Source: Giardia intestinalis
Taxonomy: Eukaryota
Direction: 5' to 3' (one strand)
Length of the DNA: 64,000 bases
NCBI GenBank assembly: GCA_000002435.2
Contig: CM018793.1
Positions 60,347 through 64,000 of the stretch are shown here, piece after piece. Numbering within the stretch: position 1 is the stretch's first letter; each line of letters begins with the position of its first letter. The notes under the pieces were generated by a model, which saw only the letters and a list, made by a program, of their open reading frames with translations, made no database searches and was not told the origin of the DNA. Both the position numbers and the translations under genes were made by a program.

Positions 60347-61240
60347 CTAGCTGAAGTCTAGCCCCCAACCTTCAGAAGCAGGAGCATAATAGTCGCGGAG
60401 TGCAGGAAAGCTGTAGAGATCACTGGCGGAAAAACGCTTGGCAGGATTGGACGCCAGCATGAAATTCAGTATTGTGTTAAGCTGAGTACTATATCCCGCT
60501 GATGTGATGTCGATGGACTCTATAGACGAGATGGCTTCACGCTGCTTCTCCGGGTCGGTTTCCTTGCACAGCGGCCGCTGCATGCACATTGCGTAGATGG
60601 TTGCTCCAAGGGCCCAGATGTCACTTTTGTCGCTATACTGTTCCATCTTGAGGACCTCTGGCGAACAGTAGCCCAGCGTCCCAAAGATGGTGGAGTTGAT
60701 GGTTGTCTTGTCGAGAAGACGAAACGAAGCAGAGTCCACGAGTTTGCAGTACCCGTCTGCAGCGAGGAATATGTTCGCTGGCTTGATGTCCCGGTGAACC
60801 ATGCGGCCCATGTGCGAAGCCCCAGATTTGAAGGGCGTGTGATAATAACAAAGTGCTGCCATCATATGCGCCAAGACGCGCCACACAACTGACTCGGGGA
60901 TATACTTCTTATGACTGTGGTAAAAGACTATAATGTCGGCAAGGCAGCATCGCTCGTGATAGTCCATCACAAGGTAGGCCTTGTTTTCTTGCGAATCATA
61001 GAAGACATCATGGTAGCGCACAAGGTTCTGGTGCACCATAGAAGTAAGGTTCTCCAGATCAGAGTAGCTTGAAGGCTTGTACCGCTCAGGAGCTCGCTGC
61101 ATGTCAATCACCTTTAAGGCCCTTTGCTGGTCCCCCGCAAGTGTCCGGACCAGATAAACATTCCCAAATGTGCCTTCCCCAATTAGCATCTTGTCATCAA
61201 TTTCGGTGTAGGCTTTGGCATAGTCCGTGAGCTCCTTCAT
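60347..61240 (-). CDS. NEK-family Ser/Thr kinase (297 aa, kinase domain only)
   Basis: IGEGTFGNVY, ALKVIDM, HRDIKPANIFL, GYCSPE, DIWALGATIYAM. The DFG position reads DSA. Confidence 0.8.
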   Translation of the reverse strand: MKELTDYAKAYTEIDDKMLIGEGTFGNVYLVRTLAGDQQRALKVIDMQRAPERYKPSSYSDLENLTSMVHQNLVRYHDVFYDSQENKAYLVMDYHERCCLADIIVFYHSHKKYIPESVVWRVLAHMMAALCYYHTPFKSGASHMGRMVHRDIKPANIFLAADGYCKLVDSASFRLLDKTTINSTIFGTLGYCSPEVLKMEQYSDKSDIWALGATIYAMCMQRPLCKETDPEKQREAISSIESIDITSAGYSTQLNTILNFMLASNPAKRFSASDLYSFPALRDYYAPASEGWGLDFS

Positions 61241-61305
61241 GATTGTCCGTTTTATATTTTTATTGTGGAAGTCAAAAAACGAAAAGCAAAAAAATCGTGC
61301 ACCGT
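61241..61305. promoter_or_regulatory. 65-nt A/T-rich bidirectional promoter spacer between NEK (-) and coiled-coil gene (+)
   Basis: gttttatatttttattgtgg...caaaaaacgaaaagcaaaaaaatcg lies between divergent ATGs. Confidence 0.4.
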
Positions 61306-63252
61306 ATGTCTTCTAATCCTTTAATAGAGGCCAGAGACGCGCTTCATCGGGCCGCGGTCTTGGAACGGGAGAACGTGACCCTACGCGACGAAATTTATAG
61401 ACTGGAGAAGGTCAATCGGAACCTCATGGATCACTCGGCACAGCTTTCCCAGCAAAGCCGCTCTGACGTTCGCTATCACTCCCTTGAGACGGATTTGGCA
61501 GAAGCGAAGGACAAAATCATCAATCTGGAAGCAGAGAACACCAATCTGGTTGACGAGAAATTGCAGCTAAGACAGCAGCTGGCCCTGCTTACCGCGGATA
61601 ATGAGATACTTTCTCAGGACATCATTACTCTTTCTGCGCTTGTCAGCGAACTTGGTGGGACTCCGGGACTCTCCGCGCCGGGAATCACTTCTGTGGAAGC
61701 AGAGCCTCACACGGCCGTCTTTCAACCGTGCTCTCCAGACAATCCTTTGCCAACAGCGCCGGCAGTGAAGGCACCCCAGCTAGAGAACGAGGCTGTTGAC
61801 TTTTTCTTGCCCGAAAATCGCTTGCGCTCAGACCTTGCAGCTCCTTCGTTTTGCGAATCTAATTTTAACCGCCTGCTTGCTCTTGTCGATAGTTTGAAAA
61901 AGGATTTATTTGAGATAAGTTCCTATTGTCCTAACATAAGCAAGTTAAAGGAAATTCTTACCAATACCTCTAACGAGGAGAAGTCAAAAGCCTCCTCTGA
62001 GCTCGTTGACTCTCTAACCAGGAAAGTAGGTGACCTGGAGAATAAGCTGTGTGTCTCCGAATCGCGGGTGACGGAACTTGAGGTACTTCTTGCCGACTAT
62101 GAGAGACAGGAGGCAGCTTATGTTAGTATGGCGTCCGAGATCGAGGACACCAGGAAGACTCTTGCCGCTGCCGAAGCCAAGCTCTCTAACTATGAGGCAA
62201 TCCAGGCAGAGTGTGCCGCGCTTAGAGAGAAGGTCGCGAGCCTTGAGCAATCTCTCACTGAAAATCTCGATGCGTACAAGAACCTTGATAATGAATATCA
62301 GCTGACAACGGAGCGACTTCAGGCTATTACAGAAATTGCTGAGCGGTCAACTATGTTAGAGGAAGCGCTTCGGGACTCCGAGACAAAAGGCAGCAGAACG
62401 GCCCAGCTACTTGAACTCGCTCAGGAGGAGCTTGCCCGATACCAGTCTGGGGAGAAACGCACTCTAGATTCGGCCGAGGCAGAGATAGAAACCCTAAAGG
62501 CATCCCTGGCTGCAAAAGCCTCCCAACTGAAGGATGTGATGGAGCAGTTTGAGGGACTAATGGAGCTGAAGAAGAAACAAGACGTCAAGCTCAATGAAGT
62601 CTATGAGCTGCGCAAGCGCTTTGACTATATGCGCGAGCGGTTTGAGCCTATGCAAAAGGAGGTGGAAAAGCTCCGAAACAAAGAAAGGGAGTACAGTAGG
62701 ATTCTCTCACACTTGGATAATGGCACTAATAAGCATGACGAACGGTTCAAAGAGATCGAGGCCAGGTACAAGCAAGAAATAGCCCGTAAAGACAATCTAA
62801 TATCTACCCTCAAAGAGGAAAAGCTTAAGCTTAATGAAGAGATCATTGTTCTGCGTACCTCTATACACGTTAGGGACGAAGATGGTCGCCGCACCCGCTT
62901 GAATCTCCTCGGTGCTAGTCAGATTTCCGCAAATGCTCAGAGACTCATTGACCAAACCAACACCGGGAATCCCCCAGAAACCACAGGGGGCTCAGCAATG
63001 ATTGACAAGTCGGGAATAACTATGAATGATCTGGCCTTACAGCAACCAGCGCTGAGTGCGGGATCCGTGGTCTCTTCAGCGGGGCCATCCAGACAGATCA
63101 CCCAGAGAAGTGGGATTCTCTCCAGCTCTGCTGTGGGCTCTGTTCATCCTATGTTGCGAAGCTCCACGATAATTGGTAGCCGAGGATATGTAGGATCTGC
63201 TGCACTTAGTGGGATTGCTCGGGCACCTAGTATGAATACTCACCCGGAGTAG
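61306..63252 (+). CDS. long coiled-coil protein (about 648 aa)
   Basis: Heptad-rich E/K/L/Q sequence throughout. The ORF-track start (61243) is a TTG. The first ATG is at 61306 (MSSNPLIEARD). Confidence 0.6.
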   Translation: MSSNPLIEARDALHRAAVLERENVTLRDEIYRLEKVNRNLMDHSAQLSQQSRSDVRYHSLETDLAEAKDKIINLEAENTNLVDEKLQLRQQLALLTADNEILSQDIITLSALVSELGGTPGLSAPGITSVEAEPHTAVFQPCSPDNPLPTAPAVKAPQLENEAVDFFLPENRLRSDLAAPSFCESNFNRLLALVDSLKKDLFEISSYCPNISKLKEILTNTSNEEKSKASSELVDSLTRKVGDLENKLCVSESRVTELEVLLADYERQEAAYVSMASEIEDTRKTLAAAEAKLSNYEAIQAECAALREKVASLEQSLTENLDAYKNLDNEYQLTTERLQAITEIAERSTMLEEALRDSETKGSRTAQLLELAQEELARYQSGEKRTLDSAEAEIETLKASLAAKASQLKDVMEQFEGLMELKKKQDVKLNEVYELRKRFDYMRERFEPMQKEVEKLRNKEREYSRILSHLDNGTNKHDERFKEIEARYKQEIARKDNLISTLKEEKLKLNEEIIVLRTSIHVRDEDGRRTRLNLLGASQISANAQRLIDQTNTGNPPETTGGSAMIDKSGITMNDLALQQPALSAGSVVSSAGPSRQITQRSGILSSSAVGSVHPMLRSSTIIGSRGYVGSAALSGIARAPSMNTHPE

Positions 63253-63310
63253 AGCAATCCAGAGTAGAGTGGGGCGGTGTATTCTGCAGACATTATAATG
63301 AGTGAACGCG

Positions 63311-64000
63311 TCAGATGAAGATAACGTCGTCACCGTTCCTGACGATCAGCCCCTGGCTTACAAGTGTGTCCAATGCCGTGTTGAGCAACTCTGAAGATAC
63401 CGACTCCCCCGTCGAGATCTGGTCTGTCGAAAGTCCTCTGTTCATATTGGCTAGAAGCTCCAGAACAGTCACAGTCAATTGTTCTTCATTCTCCACTGAT
63501 TGTAGCTCGGCTATCCGCTGGCTCTTATACCTTATAATGGCCCTACAAAGCATATCCAAGCTAGCCGCCTCGCTAGTGCCCCCTGTCTCAGCAAAGATAT
63601 CCATGTTGATAAACCCACTTTGATCGGTCATCGCGAGATGCATGGCCCTTGTCATGAGACGTGAAACCTCTAAAATATCGTTTGCTGTTACGAAATTAGA
63701 GAAGCGAATGCGTGCACGTGCTTCTGCAAGACGTATAAGGCTCATAAGCTGCCGGGGCGTGGCGGTGATGCGTCCTGACGCAGAGTACGACCCGCTTCTC
63801 AACTGGTTGTACGACAGTAGAAGCGCATCTTGCGCCGACTTAGAAAGCACCGGAGATAGCTTTTGCGCAAAGTAGATGTATTGACGAAGGACCTGCGGGT
63901 CCCATGCATCAGGCGTAGCGGCAGCGGTGTTCTTGCTGGATAGGTGTCCGGAATGCTCTGCTTGCCCTGAGCTTATGTACATGCTTACAAGCCAACTAGC
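63311..64000 (-). CDS. MCM-family (AAA+ replicative helicase) protein, C-terminal part only; the gene continues beyond the window end
   Basis: ITATPRQLMSLIRLAEARARIRFSNFVTANDILEV matches the MCM lid/winged-helix region (compare ITVRQLESLIRLSEA). The minus frame is open to position 64000. Confidence 0.55.
   Translation of the reverse strand, partial: ASWLVSMYISSGQAEHSGHLSSKNTAAATPDAWDPQVLRQYIYFAQKLSPVLSKSAQDALLLSYNQLRSGSYSASGRITATPRQLMSLIRLAEARARIRFSNFVTANDILEVSRLMTRAMHLAMTDQSGFINMDIFAETGGTSEAASLDMLCRAIIRYKSQRIAELQSVENEEQLTVTVLELLANMNRGLSTDQISTGESVSSELLNTALDTLVSQGLIVRNGDDVIFI

Noticed and set aside
1-64000. Prokaryotic-style features (operons, RBS, CRISPR arrays, rho-independent terminators)
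   Set aside because: Gene structure, protein families and signals are eukaryotic (Giardia). There are no direct-repeat/spacer arrays anywhere in the window

Overview
This window reads as nuclear DNA of the diplomonad Giardia intestinalis. The evidence is a VSP gene with the CRGKA tail, several 'protein 21.1' ankyrin genes, many NEK kinases and pseudokinases, intron-less genes with very short intergenic spacers, A/T-rich initiators abutting the ATGs, and AGTAAAY poly(A) signals shortly after stop codons. No prokaryotic features such as operons or CRISPR arrays are present.

The supplied ORF track labels GTG and TTG starts as M. I re-derived ATG starts where that mattered.

**Gene content by region**
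- 1..30 kb: densely packed housekeeping genes. These include a Rab-like GTPase (5'-partial), a NEK pseudokinase, an SGNH hydrolase, a WD40 protein, an OTU protease, a MATE-like transporter, an RRM protein, DNA topoisomerase II, a TauE-like membrane protein, a PGAM-family phosphatase, Rab11, an LRR protein and several hypotheticals.
- 30..44 kb: a repeat 'graveyard' (decayed repeat and element remnants), described below.
- 44..58 kb: a cluster of ankyrin (21.1) and NEK genes plus a short VSP.
- 58..64 kb: a hypothetical protein, a NEK kinase, a coiled-coil protein and a 5'-partial MCM-family gene.

**The 30..44 kb repeat region**
- It contains an 8.5-kb hairpin-like structure: two 3,249-bp inverted repeats (30166..33414 and 35463..38711). 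The arms are exact mirror images at every position I checked.
- The arms flank a 2,048-bp loop that carries a single ankyrin gene.
- It also contains a protein kinase gene, a tRNA-Asp(GUC), an anomalous ~1-kb AT-rich island, and a degenerate non-LTR retrotransposon. The retrotransposon has reverse-transcriptase motifs 1, A, B and C split over three reading frames.
- The inner ends of the inverted-repeat arms share a ~60-nt sequence with one end of the degenerate retrotransposon.
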